A stretch of 64,000 bases of DNA from Candidatus Saccharimonadota bacterium (GTDB lineage Bacteria > Patescibacteriota > Saccharimonadia > Saccharimonadales > SLHW01): contig JBJHDA010000001.1 in assembly GCA_050486305.1 (NCBI GenBank), forward strand, positions 563,071 through 627,070, read 5' to 3'. Each line of letters begins with the position of its first letter. Within the stretch, counting starts at the first letter, position 1. This document shows, piece by piece, positions 1 through 10,496 of this stretch. Under the pieces are notes generated by a model that saw only the letters and a program-made list of their open reading frames with translations, did no database searches and had not been told where the DNA came from. A program made the position numbers and the translations under genes.

Positions 1-1989
1 ATTCGCACGCATGAGTCGAGCTGATAATTCCTTCGATAAGATATCGTTAATGAGTGTCGATTTTCCAGAACCGGAAACACCGCTGACCACAACAAGCTGA
101 CCCAACGGAACTTCCACATCAATATCCTGTAAGTTATGCTCTTTAGCGCCTTTTACAATAAGTGACTTACCATTGCCTTTGCGGCGCTTTTTCGGCTTGG
201 TGATTTTCTTTTCTCCCCGTAGATACTGGCCGGTAATGCTACTTTTATGCTTCGCGATATCATCTGGCTTGCCCGCGGCAACCACTTTACCGCCGTGTAT
301 ACCTGCCCCCGGGCCGATATCAACGACATAATCAGCTGTGCGGATCGTCTCTTCGTCATGCTCAACAACGATGACGGTATTTCCCAGTTCACGCAAATGT
401 TTGAGCGTGCTGATCAAGCGCTCGTTGTCGCGCTGATGCAAGCCGATGCTCGGCTCATCCAGTACATACAAAACTCCTTGCAGGCCCGAGCCGATTTGCG
501 TCGCTAGTCTAATTCGCTGTGCCTCCCCGCCAGACAGCGTGGCAGCGCTTCTCGATAGATTTAGATAGTGCAGGCCGACATCTTGCATAAACTGCAGCCT
601 GGCCTGTATCTCTTTTTTGATTTGCTTTGCGATGTGCGCTTCACGATCGCTCAGCTTTACTGAAGCGACAAACTTTAATGCATTGTCTATGGAAAGCTCA
701 CATATATCCATAATGGAGTGTTTTGCAACCGTTACTGCCAACACTTCAGGACGTAACCGTCGTCCCTGGCAAGCATGGCATGGCCGTTCCCGCATAAACC
801 GTTCGATGTCACGGCGCATAAAATCACTATCCGTCTCTTTGTGGCGGCGCTCAAGATTTGGAATTACTCCTTCGTACGCGCTGTCAAAATAGCGTCCGGT
901 GCCAAGCCGTATCTCGTATGTTTCGTCACCTGTACCGTACAGAATCCTGTTTAGGTCTTCTTCGGAAAGCTCAGCTGTCGGCTTGTGAACCGAGAAGCCG
1001 TATCGATCAGCCACTGCTTGCAGCTTTTTCATATACCATGCATCGGCACTGACACGGTTGTATGGCCGTATCGCGCCCTCTGCAATCGTCAAGCGGCCAT
1101 TCGGAATAACCAGCTCAGGGTCAACCTCAAGCCGAGAGCCAAGCCCGGTACAAACCGGACAGGCACCATGCGGACTATTAAAGCTGAAGCTGCGCGGCTC
1201 AAGCTCTGGGATGTGAACGTCTGGATGGTCGATACAAGCATATTTAAGCGAGTAAGAATGAAGCGTATCTGCGTCTGCATCGTAAATCATGACTTGGCCA
1301 TCTGCTAAATCTAACGCCTGCTCGACACTCTGAGACAGCCGCCCAGCGCTTTGCTCATCATTCACCAGTCTGTCCACCACCACCTCAATTGTGTGTTTGT
1401 AGTTCTTATCTAGTGTCGGGAACTCATCAAGCGCATAAATAACTCCGTCTACTCGTACACGAGCGAACCCAGCCTGCATGTATTGTTCGGGGACGTGCTC
1501 GAATGCACCTTTCTTATCCTTGATTATCGGCGCGAGAACGATTAAACGTGCATTTTTTGGCAGGTTTTTTATCTTATCGGTAATAGCAGTTGGCGTTTGC
1601 CGTTCTACAGTTTTGCCGCACTCTGGGCAATGCGGAATTCCGATACGAGCGTACAAAAGCCGCAGGTAGTCATAAATTTCTGTAACGGTCGCCACCGTAC
1701 TGCGTGGGTTGCGGCTGGTTGATTTTTGATCGATTGATATTGCCGGGCTCAAGCCGTCAATCTGATCAACGTCCGGCTTCTCCATAAGTCCAAGAAACTG
1801 ACGGGCATAACTGCTCAGGCTCTCCACATAGCGGCGCTGGCCTTCGGCATAGATTGTGTCAAACGCCAGGCTGCTTTTACCTGAGCCGCTCAAGCCCGTG
1901 ACAACTACCAACTTGTTGCGCGGTATCTCTACATTGATATTCTGCAGGTTGTGCTCACGTGCACCCTGCACCTTAATAACGTCATTCAA
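1..1989 (-). CDS. uvrA: UvrA excinuclease ABC subunit A, partial (C-terminus lies beyond window start)
   Basis: Absent from the ORF track because it runs off the window edge. Manual reverse translation from 1989 gives [64 protein letters not shown], collinear with the E. coli UvrA N-terminus. A second Walker A ([17 protein letters not shown]) is encoded near 60-110. Probable TTG start at 1987-1989, since an in-frame TAG lies just upstream. Confidence 0.9.
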   Translation of the reverse strand, partial: MNDVIKVQGAREHNLQNINVEIPRNKLVVVTGLSGSGKSSLAFDTIYAEGQRRYVESLSSYARQFLGLMEKPDVDQIDGLSPAISIDQKSTSRNPRSTVATVTEIYDYLRLLYARIGIPHCPECGKTVERQTPTAITDKIKNLPKNARLIVLAPIIKDKKGAFEHVPEQYMQAGFARVRVDGVIYALDEFPTLDKNYKHTIEVVVDRLVNDEQSAGRLSQSVEQALDLADGQVMIYDADADTLHSYSLKYACIDHPDVHIPELEPRSFSFNSPHGACPVCTGLGSRLEVDPELVIPNGRLTIAEGAIRPYNRVSADAWYMKKLQAVADRYGFSVHKPTAELSEEDLNRILYGTGDETYEIRLGTGRYFDSAYEGVIPNLERRHKETDSDFMRRDIERFMRERPCHACQGRRLRPEVLAVTVAKHSIMDICELSIDNALKFVASVKLSDREAHIAKQIKKEIQARLQFMQDVGLHYLNLSRSAATLSGGEAQRIRLATQIGSGLQGVLYVLDEPSIGLHQRDNERLISTLKHLRELGNTVIVVEHDEETIRTADYVVDIGPGAGIHGGKVVAAGKPDDIAKHKSSITGQYLRGEKKITKPKKRRKGNGKSLIVKGAKEHNLQDIDVEVPLGQLVVVSGVSGSGKSTLINDILSKELSARLMRAN

Positions 1990-2099
1990 AACAAGAACCC
2001 GTCCGTTATGTTTCTCTCTTTTAAAACCGGTCTAGTATAACGGAAAATCCGAACTTTTTCCAGAGTATAGTGAGAAGTTTATCGTATTGCTCCTTCAGT

Positions 2100-2858
2100 T
2101 TATCCGTCAAATTGCCGAGCTTGATTGATGCTTAACGATCCGAGTACGACCGCAATCGGTAAGTAGCCCTTGACCACTTCTAAGAACTCGGCGCGCTGCC
2201 CCGGTTCCGTATCGGCCGGTATTTCAGCAAATGGCACATTTATAGATGATCCGGAGGTCGGGTAGACGCTTTTTCTGCCATGGTGAGCGAGGGCCCTGAT
2301 ACAAACTTCGGACTGCTCAAACAGCATGGCTGTCGCTTCGTCTTCAACTGCAGGGGTAAGCGCGAACTCTAGGCTTAAATTCTTGCCGGGAAGCCCGCTT
2401 TTTTGAATTACGCCATCAAGCCGCACACGAAACGAATCTTGGTCCGGTATGTCATACCGCAGACCGATTCGGCGCAACGTCGCCTCTAGTCCTCTGTTCG
2501 GCGGCTTCTGGGATGGACTACTCATTCCTACATATTCAAAAAACGGATCAGCGTTTTGCTCAAGCTCATCAACAGCATTTCGAAACGAACCGTGCAAACG
2601 CATCTTTTCCGGAGCGTAACGCTCAAATAATATCAGCCTCGCTGAGCGGCTATCGCTAATGCTTGTACGCGAGGACTGCACACCAATAAGCCGTTTTGTA
2701 TCGGGGTGAGAGCCGGGAGCCTCCACAAACGTCGTCGCCTCAGTTCCGAACACTTCATTGCTACAAAGCTGCGCTTTATCCAAAAAACCCTGGAAGCCGC
2801 CGATGATCGGCCTACTGATTTCAAAAGTGGTTAACCGCTCCGGGTTATCGACAACCAT
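2100..2858 (-). CDS. hypothetical protein (252 aa)
   Basis: Track ORF. An AGAGGT Shine-Dalgarno-like box precedes the ATG at 2858, with only a 14-nt gap to the upstream gene. No family recognised by eye. Confidence 0.55.
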   Translation of the reverse strand: MVVDNPERLTTFEISRPIIGGFQGFLDKAQLCSNEVFGTEATTFVEAPGSHPDTKRLIGVQSSRTSISDSRSARLILFERYAPEKMRLHGSFRNAVDELEQNADPFFEYVGMSSPSQKPPNRGLEATLRRIGLRYDIPDQDSFRVRLDGVIQKSGLPGKNLSLEFALTPAVEDEATAMLFEQSEVCIRALAHHGRKSVYPTSGSSINVPFAEIPADTEPGQRAEFLEVVKGYLPIAVVLGSLSINQARQFDG

Positions 2859-2872
2859 TACTTACCTCTTTT

Positions 2873-3718
2873 CTAATTAGGCTCGTTCTCGTTCTGTATT
2901 GCTCGAGGGCGCTCCAGTAATATTTCTCGTGGCATTTCTGTCGGAATTTCGAGCGCCACTTTACCGATATTGGCAAACGTTTCAAATGGCGCGATATGTG
3001 GCGCCCATTCACGATCGAGTAGATTTTTGTCGAGCCCTTGTCGCTCTAAGACGGCGATCGCCTCATTGCGCTCCTCAAGCAATTCTTTGTTGTGCGACAG
3101 ATCAATCGCCAGGCGATTACTGCCGAATATGCCTACCTCACCGCACGTAAAATACCCCTCCCGTGCAAAACTCGGCAGATCAGTTCTGAGAATCTCGTCT
3201 ATTTCCGAATGAGGCATTGGATCTGTTACGCTCAAAGGCTCATATACGCCGCCAGCTCTATTCTCCGCTTCGGCAAGGCGATTGTCGGAAGCGTGCTGCA
3301 ACTTAGCAAACTCCGAGTCAATCCGCTCCCTGTCCAGCAGCGCAAAACTTGCGTTAATCAGTTTGCCTACCCGTCGTCCGAGCTGCTTCGTTTTTCTTCT
3401 TGTTTCATACACGTCGGGGTACTTAGTACTTAGCATGCGGCCAATCTCTTGAGCGCTTACTAGAGTAACCCCCATCGAGCCTAGAGAGCGCGCACGGCCT
3501 TTACCGCGATTAAGCTTACCGACAAGGTTTAGGTAGCGGTCCCATTCGGGGCCGTAATCCGTATCATCGTCGATGCTAGCCTCGCGCACGACCCTCAGTT
3601 CCGGCCACGGCCCTTTTCTTTCCTGTGGCACTGCCTGCTCAATAAATGAAAGCCTTGATACAGGATCAGCCCCACCAGTTTCTATTTCGGTTTCTATACG
3701 AATATCCGCGCCTGGCAT
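2873..3718 (-). CDS. hypothetical protein (about 281 aa)
   Basis: Track ORF is 2873..3745. The internal ATG at 3718 (MPGADIRIE) is preferred because GGAGGG lies 4 nt upstream. No recognisable family. An AT-rich promoter-like region lies upstream (3780-3900). Confidence 0.55.
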   Translation of the reverse strand: MPGADIRIETEIETGGADPVSRLSFIEQAVPQERKGPWPELRVVREASIDDDTDYGPEWDRYLNLVGKLNRGKGRARSLGSMGVTLVSAQEIGRMLSTKYPDVYETRRKTKQLGRRVGKLINASFALLDRERIDSEFAKLQHASDNRLAEAENRAGGVYEPLSVTDPMPHSEIDEILRTDLPSFAREGYFTCGEVGIFGSNRLAIDLSHNKELLEERNEAIAVLERQGLDKNLLDREWAPHIAPFETFANIGKVALEIPTEMPREILLERPRAIQNENEPN

Positions 3719-3912
3719 ACACCCTCCGTTTTTGTTGTTAACCACCCTTTTTCTTTTGCTGTCTATTAACTCAGCTTAAGCCTACTATATCACAAGCTTT
3801 TTAGTTACTGATTAATGTGTTGCTGTATATTTTTAATGTCACTTTATTGACTTTAGTACTATATTTTTATATAATATGTATTAAATAATTTTACTCTTTG
3901 CGGGAGAGAATC

Positions 3913-4047
3913 ATGATTGAATTTATCGTGCTGGGTATTATTCCTGGTACACAAATTGAAGTTACGGTCACCCATATCGCAACACTATCCTGGTTGGCGT
4001 TCGTTGCTTATTGTGCGGCTTCTTCAAAAATGAAACAAAACACGTGA
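3913..4047 (+). CDS. small hydrophobic protein (44 aa), tentative
   Basis: Below the track size cut-off. GGGAGAG lies 5 nt before the ATG. Translation is MIEFIVLGIIPGTQIEVTVTHIATLSWLAFVAYCAASSKMKQNT, with one predicted TM-like stretch. Confidence 0.3.
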   Translation: MIEFIVLGIIPGTQIEVTVTHIATLSWLAFVAYCAASSKMKQNT

Positions 4048-4049
4048 AG

Positions 4050-5516
4050 TTAGTGGGCGATTGGCGCAATACTTTCGGCGTAAAGCTGGAGCTCTTCAAG
4101 TAGGTATCGTTTGTTATCGTCCGAAACGACTTCTGGGCGCTCGGCACAACGCTGCAGGCTGCGAGCGAATAGCGTAAGCCGGTTCGGGCTGCCGCCGGTC
4201 AATTTTGCGTGGCGGTACGTTTCCCATTCTTCGGTTTCTTCTGGTGTAAGAGCGTCTGGATAATTCCTCGCTTTGTAAAGCGGCAGCAGCTGGCGTAAGC
4301 GCTCATCTGAGAAGCGAAACGTTTCGGCGGTCAGCTCTTCGGGTTTTGCCTGCCGTAGCGTTTGCATAACCCGTTTATCTTCATCAGGAATAAACGCATC
4401 ATACAAACGTTCATCGACCGTTTTTTCGTCACTTAGGAAAGTCTGCTGGTCCTTTTTGGTAGTAATTTCATGTGCCTTAAGGAACAAGTCCTGCAGCTGT
4501 GTACGGTGCTTCTGCAGGGCTGCTTGCCGTTGCCGCACTGTTTCAGTATCGATAGCCAATCGTTTCTGGCTTGATGTATCAAGCACACCCATGGGAGCAA
4601 TTGCAGGACATTTATTGTACTTTATGCTTTTTACCGGCATATGAAAGTCGCGTTCGTCGTGTCGCTGGCGCCAAACTTCTGCGAGCTGATCCGGCCGCTT
4701 ATCGAGGTAGTCACTCGGATCATAGCGTAAATCGAACACTAAACTTGCCTGTGACTGTCCAGGCACATCAGCAAGCCGCATCGCAACCGTAGTTTTTTCA
4801 TATGCCGATTCGTATCTTCCTGACGTGTAAATAAATGGCTGATCAGAAGTTACAAGCTCCCGGGCTGCTCGTTTGTCGCGCATCTTTAGCAGAAACTCGA
4901 ACAACTTTGGCTGCCGCTGCTTAATGAGTTTTGCTACAGCGATGGTTGCATGCACATCACTTAAGGCGTCGTGGGCTTGCTCATGTGATAAGTTGTTCAA
5001 GTCTGTCAGCAGTTCGAGCCGATTCGTCGGTGAACCGTCACTGGCAAACGGCCAAGAAATACCATCCGGCCGAAGCGCCCTCGTCATCCGGACCACATCC
5101 AACATGTCCCAGCGCGATCGGCCATCCTTCCAGGACCATTCATACGGGTCATAAAAATTCCGATAATTCATGTGCCGGATAAACTCATCGTCGAACCGAA
5201 CTGAATTAAAGCCAGTGATAATCGTATCCGGCGCGGCAATCTCTTTGTGGAATATGCGTAAAAAATCTGCCTCACTTATGCCTTCTTCGTGCGTTTTTTG
5301 CGGAGTAATACCGGTAATGAGGACTGCCTCCGGATCTGGTAAAACATCAGGTGCCAATCGTATCAGGTAGTTGTATGGGTCGCCAATCGGCTGAAGATCA
5401 GCATCTGTCCGCTGGGCAGCAAACTGCATCACCCGAGAGCTCCGCGGATTTACGCCAGAAGTTTCTAGGTCATAAAATAAAAAACTGGCTGCCATATATA
5501 ACAGCCAGTGTAGCAT
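4050..5516 (-). CDS. sbcB: exodeoxyribonuclease I
   Basis: DEDDh motifs are present: FLFYDLETSG, GFNSVRFDDEF, AHDALSDVHAT. Overall length is typical of ExoI. The true start may be the second ATG at 5495 (MAASFLFYDLE). Confidence 0.85.
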   Translation of the reverse strand: MLHWLLYMAASFLFYDLETSGVNPRSSRVMQFAAQRTDADLQPIGDPYNYLIRLAPDVLPDPEAVLITGITPQKTHEEGISEADFLRIFHKEIAAPDTIITGFNSVRFDDEFIRHMNYRNFYDPYEWSWKDGRSRWDMLDVVRMTRALRPDGISWPFASDGSPTNRLELLTDLNNLSHEQAHDALSDVHATIAVAKLIKQRQPKLFEFLLKMRDKRAARELVTSDQPFIYTSGRYESAYEKTTVAMRLADVPGQSQASLVFDLRYDPSDYLDKRPDQLAEVWRQRHDERDFHMPVKSIKYNKCPAIAPMGVLDTSSQKRLAIDTETVRQRQAALQKHRTQLQDLFLKAHEITTKKDQQTFLSDEKTVDERLYDAFIPDEDKRVMQTLRQAKPEELTAETFRFSDERLRQLLPLYKARNYPDALTPEETEEWETYRHAKLTGGSPNRLTLFARSLQRCAERPEVVSDDNKRYLLEELQLYAESIAPIAH

Positions 5517-5533
5517 TATTCGTTCGTCAGTTA

Positions 5534-5938
5534 TTATTCATCTTGCTGCTGACTCATGAATAGTCCGGTATACTGGGCAGCCTCTGAAGGGTCAACTCTT
5601 CGAAGCTCCGTGCTAACGTGAGCATTCGGTGCCCGATTACGAAAGCCCGCGATTGCCCGCGCCAACGAGGAAGGAAAGCGTATGCAGTGTGATGCTACAG
5701 TCGCCTCCCCATTGTTGCCGTGGCTAATTGTGTAAATGTTCGCATTACGCGGCCGTTCTTCATCGTATCGTACTGCGAGTACTTCGGGCGTTTTGTCGCC
5801 AATCGGAAACACTGGCATCTCGCCAGAGACCATTGCCTCCACTTCATCGACCGGCACATACTTCGAAACTTCAACGACGGACGGAGATCGCCGCTCTTGT
5901 TCAATGCCCTGAATACTACTTACTTCGCGCTCTAACAT
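5534..5938 (-). CDS. hypothetical protein (about 134 aa)
   Basis: Track ORF is 5534..5959. The ATG at 5938 (MLEREV) is preceded by AGGAGTG. No family recognised. Confidence 0.5.
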   Translation of the reverse strand: MLEREVSSIQGIEQERRSPSVVEVSKYVPVDEVEAMVSGEMPVFPIGDKTPEVLAVRYDEERPRNANIYTISHGNNGEATVASHCIRFPSSLARAIAGFRNRAPNAHVSTELRRVDPSEAAQYTGLFMSQQQDE

Positions 5939-6130
5939 TTTCACTCCTGGTTTTTTCATTTAAATTAACGACTTAGCTTCGCCGGCACAATCATAGTGCA
6001 CATGGTATCATAATAACATTTATTTGCAATTATGTCAATAAACCTACTCCTTGATGCAGTTTTACTGCTACTGATTGTAGCTGCGAACGCAGAAATAAAC
6101 TATAGTAGTAAAAGCGACACTTCCTCTGCG

Positions 6131-6709
6131 CTAGCTGTAGTGCACGGGTAGGACATGGAGGCGTAACGGGCGCTGCAATTTATCAAGACTGCGAGGGCGA
6201 TGACGAGCAGCCCGCAACAAAGAAATGTGAGGCCGAAGCGTCAAGCCAAAGCGAAGATTTGGGCTGCCCTGCATAAAGGCTGCCGGGTATTCAATACCGA
6301 GTGATTTTATGCATTGCTGCAGGTGCTTTAACGCAGCCTGGTGCGCTGCAAGTAATTCTGGACTTGGCGTGAGATTAATGGCCAATACTGAAGACTGGTG
6401 ACCGAACAATGCGAAATCAGTCGGCTTAGCAGTAACAATTTGTGGCAGCACCTCCTGGGAAGCATCAATAAACGAGCGAACTGCTGCCGCAAACGAATCC
6501 CATGAAAGATCTGGCTGCTGCTGAGTCACCTCTCGGTACATATCCTGCGCAATACCAAAATGCAGCAACGTCAAGTGCATCTTGTCTCTTGGTACTGGGC
6601 GGGCTTGCGGATTAACGCGATGTGCTTGCTGCTGCCACGTCAACAAGTGCGAGAGGGCTGCTTCGTCAGGCTTATATTGAAGGTATATCCGTTCGCCTGG
6701 CCCGAACAT
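6131..6709 (-). CDS. 2H phosphoesterase / LigT-like (2'-5' RNA ligase family)
   Basis: Two H-x-T/S motifs at the expected spacing (MHLTLLHFG and PHISLLRA). The start abuts the obg stop codon. Confidence 0.65.
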   Translation of the reverse strand: MFGPGERIYLQYKPDEAALSHLLTWQQQAHRVNPQARPVPRDKMHLTLLHFGIAQDMYREVTQQQPDLSWDSFAAAVRSFIDASQEVLPQIVTAKPTDFALFGHQSSVLAINLTPSPELLAAHQAALKHLQQCIKSLGIEYPAAFMQGSPNLRFGLTLRPHISLLRAARHRPRSLDKLQRPLRLHVLPVHYS

Positions 6710-8008
6710 TTAGTACCTCAACGATCCAGCGCCCGGGATAACGATTTCGTCATCCGGCTCGATGCCGCGTCGGGCAAGTTCGTGCATGATTCCCATTTTT
6801 TGCATGATGTCGCGCAGGCGGCGCACAGCTGGCTCACTACTAAATTCTGTTTTCTTAGCAAAGCGCTCTATTTTTGCTCCGGTCACAATGAATTTTTTCT
6901 TCTTAACTTCGACCTGCCAGCTGTCATCCGTCTCAGGCAGCGTAATCGTTGGCACGTCAGCTTCCGTATCGCGCGCGCCCTCCTCTGCCGCACGTGCTTC
7001 GGCAGCTGCCAGGCGCTCCTTCGAAACCAGATCAGCCAGTTCCCGTACAAGCTCGGTAATGCCCTTATGAGCCTGGGCAGAGATTGTGCGTACTTGGACG
7101 CCTTTTGGCAGCACTGACTGCAGCTCCTGCCGTTGGTCTTCGATAATGTCTTCGTCCAAATTCTCTACTTTCGTCAGCGCGATAACCTGTGGTTTTTTGC
7201 TTAAATCAACCTTATAAGCCTTAAGTTCTTTTTGTATCGTTTTGTAAGCGGCTACAATATCATCCTGATATACATCTATTAAATGAAGGAGCACGGCGGT
7301 TCGCTCAACGTGACGCAAGAAATCATCACCAAGCCCTTTGCCCTGACTGGCACCTTCGATTAGTCCTGGGATATCGGCAACAAGCAGACTATTTTTTTTA
7401 TCTACGTCTACGACACCCAAATTTGGCTGCAGAGTTGTAAACGGATAGTTTGCTATCTCTGGCCGAGCATTGCTCATAACCGAAAGGAGTGTCGATTTGC
7501 CGGCATTCGGCAGCCCGATAACACCGACATCAGCGATCATCTTTAGCTCAAGCGTAAACGTCCGCTCCTCTCCTGGCTCACCTTTCTCGGCAATGCGAGG
7601 TGCCTGCCGGGTAGACGACGTAAAGTGAGCATTGCCGAAGCCGCCGCTCCCACCATGAGCCACTACCGCTGTCTGATTCTCCTGAGTGATGTCGGCAATT
7701 ATATCCCCGGTCTCGCTGTCAACGATTGCTGTCCCCACCGGTACATGCACGATAAGATCTTCTGCGCTTTTTCCGCGCCGTTTTCGCTTGCCGCCCGATG
7801 CACCAGATTTTGCCTTGATTTCCTTCTGATTACGAAACCGGGCAAGGGTATGCTGATTTTCTCTGCCTTCAAACACTACATCGCCACCCTTGCCGCCGTC
7901 ACCGCCGTCAGGGCCGCCGCGATCAACATATTTCTCATGACGAAAACTGACGACACCGTTGCCGCCATCGCCTGCCCTTACCGTAACCTCTGCTTTATCA
8001 ACAAACAT
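6710..8008 (-). CDS. obg: GTPase Obg/CgtA
   Basis: Glycine-rich Obg fold (GDGGNGVVSFRHEKY, GGPDGGDGGKGGDV). G1 motif GLPNAGKST and G3 motif DIPGLIEGA are present. A C-terminal OCT-like domain (FIVTGAKIERF) follows. Confidence 0.95.
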   Translation of the reverse strand: MFVDKAEVTVRAGDGGNGVVSFRHEKYVDRGGPDGGDGGKGGDVVFEGRENQHTLARFRNQKEIKAKSGASGGKRKRRGKSAEDLIVHVPVGTAIVDSETGDIIADITQENQTAVVAHGGSGGFGNAHFTSSTRQAPRIAEKGEPGEERTFTLELKMIADVGVIGLPNAGKSTLLSVMSNARPEIANYPFTTLQPNLGVVDVDKKNSLLVADIPGLIEGASQGKGLGDDFLRHVERTAVLLHLIDVYQDDIVAAYKTIQKELKAYKVDLSKKPQVIALTKVENLDEDIIEDQRQELQSVLPKGVQVRTISAQAHKGITELVRELADLVSKERLAAAEARAAEEGARDTEADVPTITLPETDDSWQVEVKKKKFIVTGAKIERFAKKTEFSSEPAVRRLRDIMQKMGIMHELARRGIEPDDEIVIPGAGSLRY

Positions 8009-8081
8009 ACATACCTAAAACAAAACCCTTGTTTTTCTATACTCTATTCTACCCTAGAAGGGTTATATTACTTTATACAGT

Positions 8082-9176
8082 TTAGTGGATGAACAGGTAG
8101 GCGCCAAACTCGGCAGGCGTAACGGTCCGCTCGGTTACCCTGTTCCACCATGGGTAATTCATATCAGAGACGACAATCGACCCGTCTTCATTCACTCGCT
8201 CAACATAGCCAACGTGACCAAGCCCCCAGGCAATCGAAGTATCCTTATGCCATATCACCGAACCGGCAGTTGGGTTTTCGGTTACCGACATACCGAACTG
8301 TTGCGCCCTTGGTCCCCAGGTACGGGCGTGCCCGAGATTATTCGGCAGTGGCTTGCCTGCCTGGGCACGACGGTTAGCAGCATGCCAGGTACAATACCCA
8401 TAAACATAGCCGTTGAATTGGCCGTAAGATGCCGAGCCGGCGAAACCATAATAGGCAACGCTCGGAGCTTGCTGAGTTTGCCGTTCACCGTTTGGAATAA
8501 CGATACGTTCACCCGGAACGAGACCGTCTATTTCCGCATCATTAAATCTGATAATTTTTTCTTCGCTGGCCTGGAATCGCTGTGCGAGACTTTCTGGCGT
8601 ATCATTTGTTTGCACGGTGTACACAACGCCATTAACCGGTGGAATGACAATCTCTTGGCCAACCCGGAGCGTTGCCCAGCTGGTCATATCGTTTGACCAG
8701 CGGATAGAGTCTGATGTAACGCCAAACCGATTTGCCAAACTGCCAACCGTATCGCCTTCCTGTACGGTATAAACGACGATATCTGCTTTCGTTTTCACGT
8801 CAGTCGTCATGATTTGCGGCTTGCCGACTAGCGTATCGTCATGAGAAACAATAGCCGAGCGCGACGACACACTGTCTGCTTGGTTGGTAACTGCTACCGC
8901 TGTCTCCAGCTGCGTCATTCTGGATACATGCACAGCGATTTCTGCCGAAGATAGTTGGTCGAGCGGGTTCGTTGCCCGCTCACTGCCGTTCCCGTCAGAT
9001 GTAGATACCAACGCAACTTGCGGATTAAGAACATGGCTTGCCGAGCTGGCACTTGAAACAAAGTAAACCGCGCCACCAAGCAGCACAAAATTAATTGCTA
9101 ATAGCGAATAGCGCACGACCTTCCGCTTGTTCTTGCGCAGTAAACGCTTAAACGTACGGTGTGTCGCCCGCTTCAT
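8082..9176 (-). CDS. peptidoglycan hydrolase: N-terminal TM, two LysM repeats, C-terminal CHAP domain
   Basis: LysM-like repeats (YTVQEGDTVGSLANRFGV and YTVQTNDTPESLAQRFQA). CHAP-like Cys/His region (YGYCTWHAANR ... GHVGYVERV). Confidence 0.85.
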   Translation of the reverse strand: MKRATHRTFKRLLRKNKRKVVRYSLLAINFVLLGGAVYFVSSASSASHVLNPQVALVSTSDGNGSERATNPLDQLSSAEIAVHVSRMTQLETAVAVTNQADSVSSRSAIVSHDDTLVGKPQIMTTDVKTKADIVVYTVQEGDTVGSLANRFGVTSDSIRWSNDMTSWATLRVGQEIVIPPVNGVVYTVQTNDTPESLAQRFQASEEKIIRFNDAEIDGLVPGERIVIPNGERQTQQAPSVAYYGFAGSASYGQFNGYVYGYCTWHAANRRAQAGKPLPNNLGHARTWGPRAQQFGMSVTENPTAGSVIWHKDTSIAWGLGHVGYVERVNEDGSIVVSDMNYPWWNRVTERTVTPAEFGAYLFIH

Positions 9177-9422
9177 AGATTTGGTTGATTTCGAGCTACG
9201 CTTGATCAGCGTATCGGTTGAAGTACGAATGTCTTTTTCTCCTGTCTACATGGGTAGACTGGTGACTTACCAGGTATCGCTTCGATGACTCGATATTATA
9301 TAGTTATTAACAGGTTAGATGAGCCTCTTCTGATACCGCGCTAATTGTAACAACTGTCCCGCAGAAAATCAAGCCGTAAGCGATTTTTTCACCCCTGTTA
9401 AAGTTGCCGATTAACAGATGGC

Positions 9423-10496
9423 TTACGGACACTGTATGGTACAGTGCTCCTCTGTTAAGCGTCGGTGCTCGTCAAGCGTATGTGAAAAATGGGTGATCGA
9501 TACGCCGTCTTCATCTGGGTCTCCAGATACGAAATACAGATAATCGGTGTCAGCTGGTTGCGCGACCGCCCTTAGCCCGGATTCTGTAACGTTGCTGATT
9601 GGAGTCGGCGGGAGTCCATCATTTTGATAGGTGCTATATTGCGCAACATAATCGGTGTTGTCCGCCGGGTTAAGCTCATTTAATGCCTCCCCGTAAACGG
9701 CGGTTATGTCAGACTCTAGGCGCATACCCTCAGCGATACGTCGGTAGAACACTTGCGCTACCTGTGGCCGATCATTCGGGTTATGCGTGGTAACTTCGCG
9801 CTCCACAATTGACGCAAGAATAATGCCTTCGTGAACTGTTAGCCCTTGTGCAGCAATCCCTTCACGGATTTCCTGGGTTAATCTGGCGGCCATCTCATCC
9901 AACGACGCTTCAATAATATCGTGAGCTGACGTATTTGCATCAACCCTAAATGTTTCGGGATATAGATAGCCTTCAAGAGACGCCTCCGCCGGCTTGTCAG
10001 CTAGCGCCGGGTGACCCTCATGACGAGACGGATCGAGCGCTTCATCTGCTTCTTCCGGTGAAAAACCAGCATTGATCAGATAGCCCCGTATCTGGTCAAG
10101 TCGGCGTTCTGGCGGTATGGTAATCATCTCCATCTCCATGTCCCCGCCCGTGATAACTGCGGCTATCTCTTGGACAGACTGGTTCGGACTAATCGCGTAT
10201 GTCCCTGTCTGAATCTGGCCGCGAAGACCTTCTGACCGCATGTACCAGGCGAACGCCCAAGAGGCGCGAATTAGCTCAGCTTCTTCAAGTTTATTCGCAA
10301 CAACTTGCGCAGTGTCTCCGGTAGCGACCTCTATAATCTGGCTTGTGTCAGAGTTGCTTATAGGCTGCAGATTCTGTTTATAAAAGTAGTTTGCACCAAG
10401 CAGCACTGAGCCGACAGCAAGGAGAAGCACGACAATGCCAGCAATAAGCATTTTTCTGCGTGTATAGCCGTTAGTTGATTTTATTGAGTAGCTCAC
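9423..10496 (-). CDS. mltG: endolytic transglycosylase MltG (YceG family)
   Basis: N-terminal TM, plus GYLYPETF, ILASIVEREV and GLPPTPISN motifs. Overlaps the ruvX stop. Confidence 0.9.
   Translation of the reverse strand: MSYSIKSTNGYTRRKMLIAGIVVLLLAVGSVLLGANYFYKQNLQPISNSDTSQIIEVATGDTAQVVANKLEEAELIRASWAFAWYMRSEGLRGQIQTGTYAISPNQSVQEIAAVITGGDMEMEMITIPPERRLDQIRGYLINAGFSPEEADEALDPSRHEGHPALADKPAEASLEGYLYPETFRVDANTSAHDIIEASLDEMAARLTQEIREGIAAQGLTVHEGIILASIVEREVTTHNPNDRPQVAQVFYRRIAEGMRLESDITAVYGEALNELNPADNTDYVAQYSTYQNDGLPPTPISNVTESGLRAVAQPADTDYLYFVSGDPDEDGVSITHFSHTLDEHRRLTEEHCTIQCP

Noticed and set aside
6560-7117. Long antisense or overlapping ORFs in the track. Examples are 6560..7117+, 11953..12495+, 24732..25268+, 30459..31121+, 43841..44428-, 44077..44685- and 53460..54107+.
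   Set aside because: Each lies entirely inside a gene with strong motif support on the opposite strand or in another frame (obg, atpD, cysteine desulfurase, mgtE, pcrA and others). Their translations are low-complexity and Ser/Arg/Ala-rich, as expected for shadow ORFs.
9177-9422. Cyclic-di-AMP (ydaO-type) riboswitch upstream of the cell-wall hydrolase, and likewise upstream of the RpfB-like gene at 52175-52237.
   Set aside because: I could not find the conserved ydaO sequence blocks by eye. The RpfB leader is only about 60 nt. The long leader is kept only as a low-interest item.
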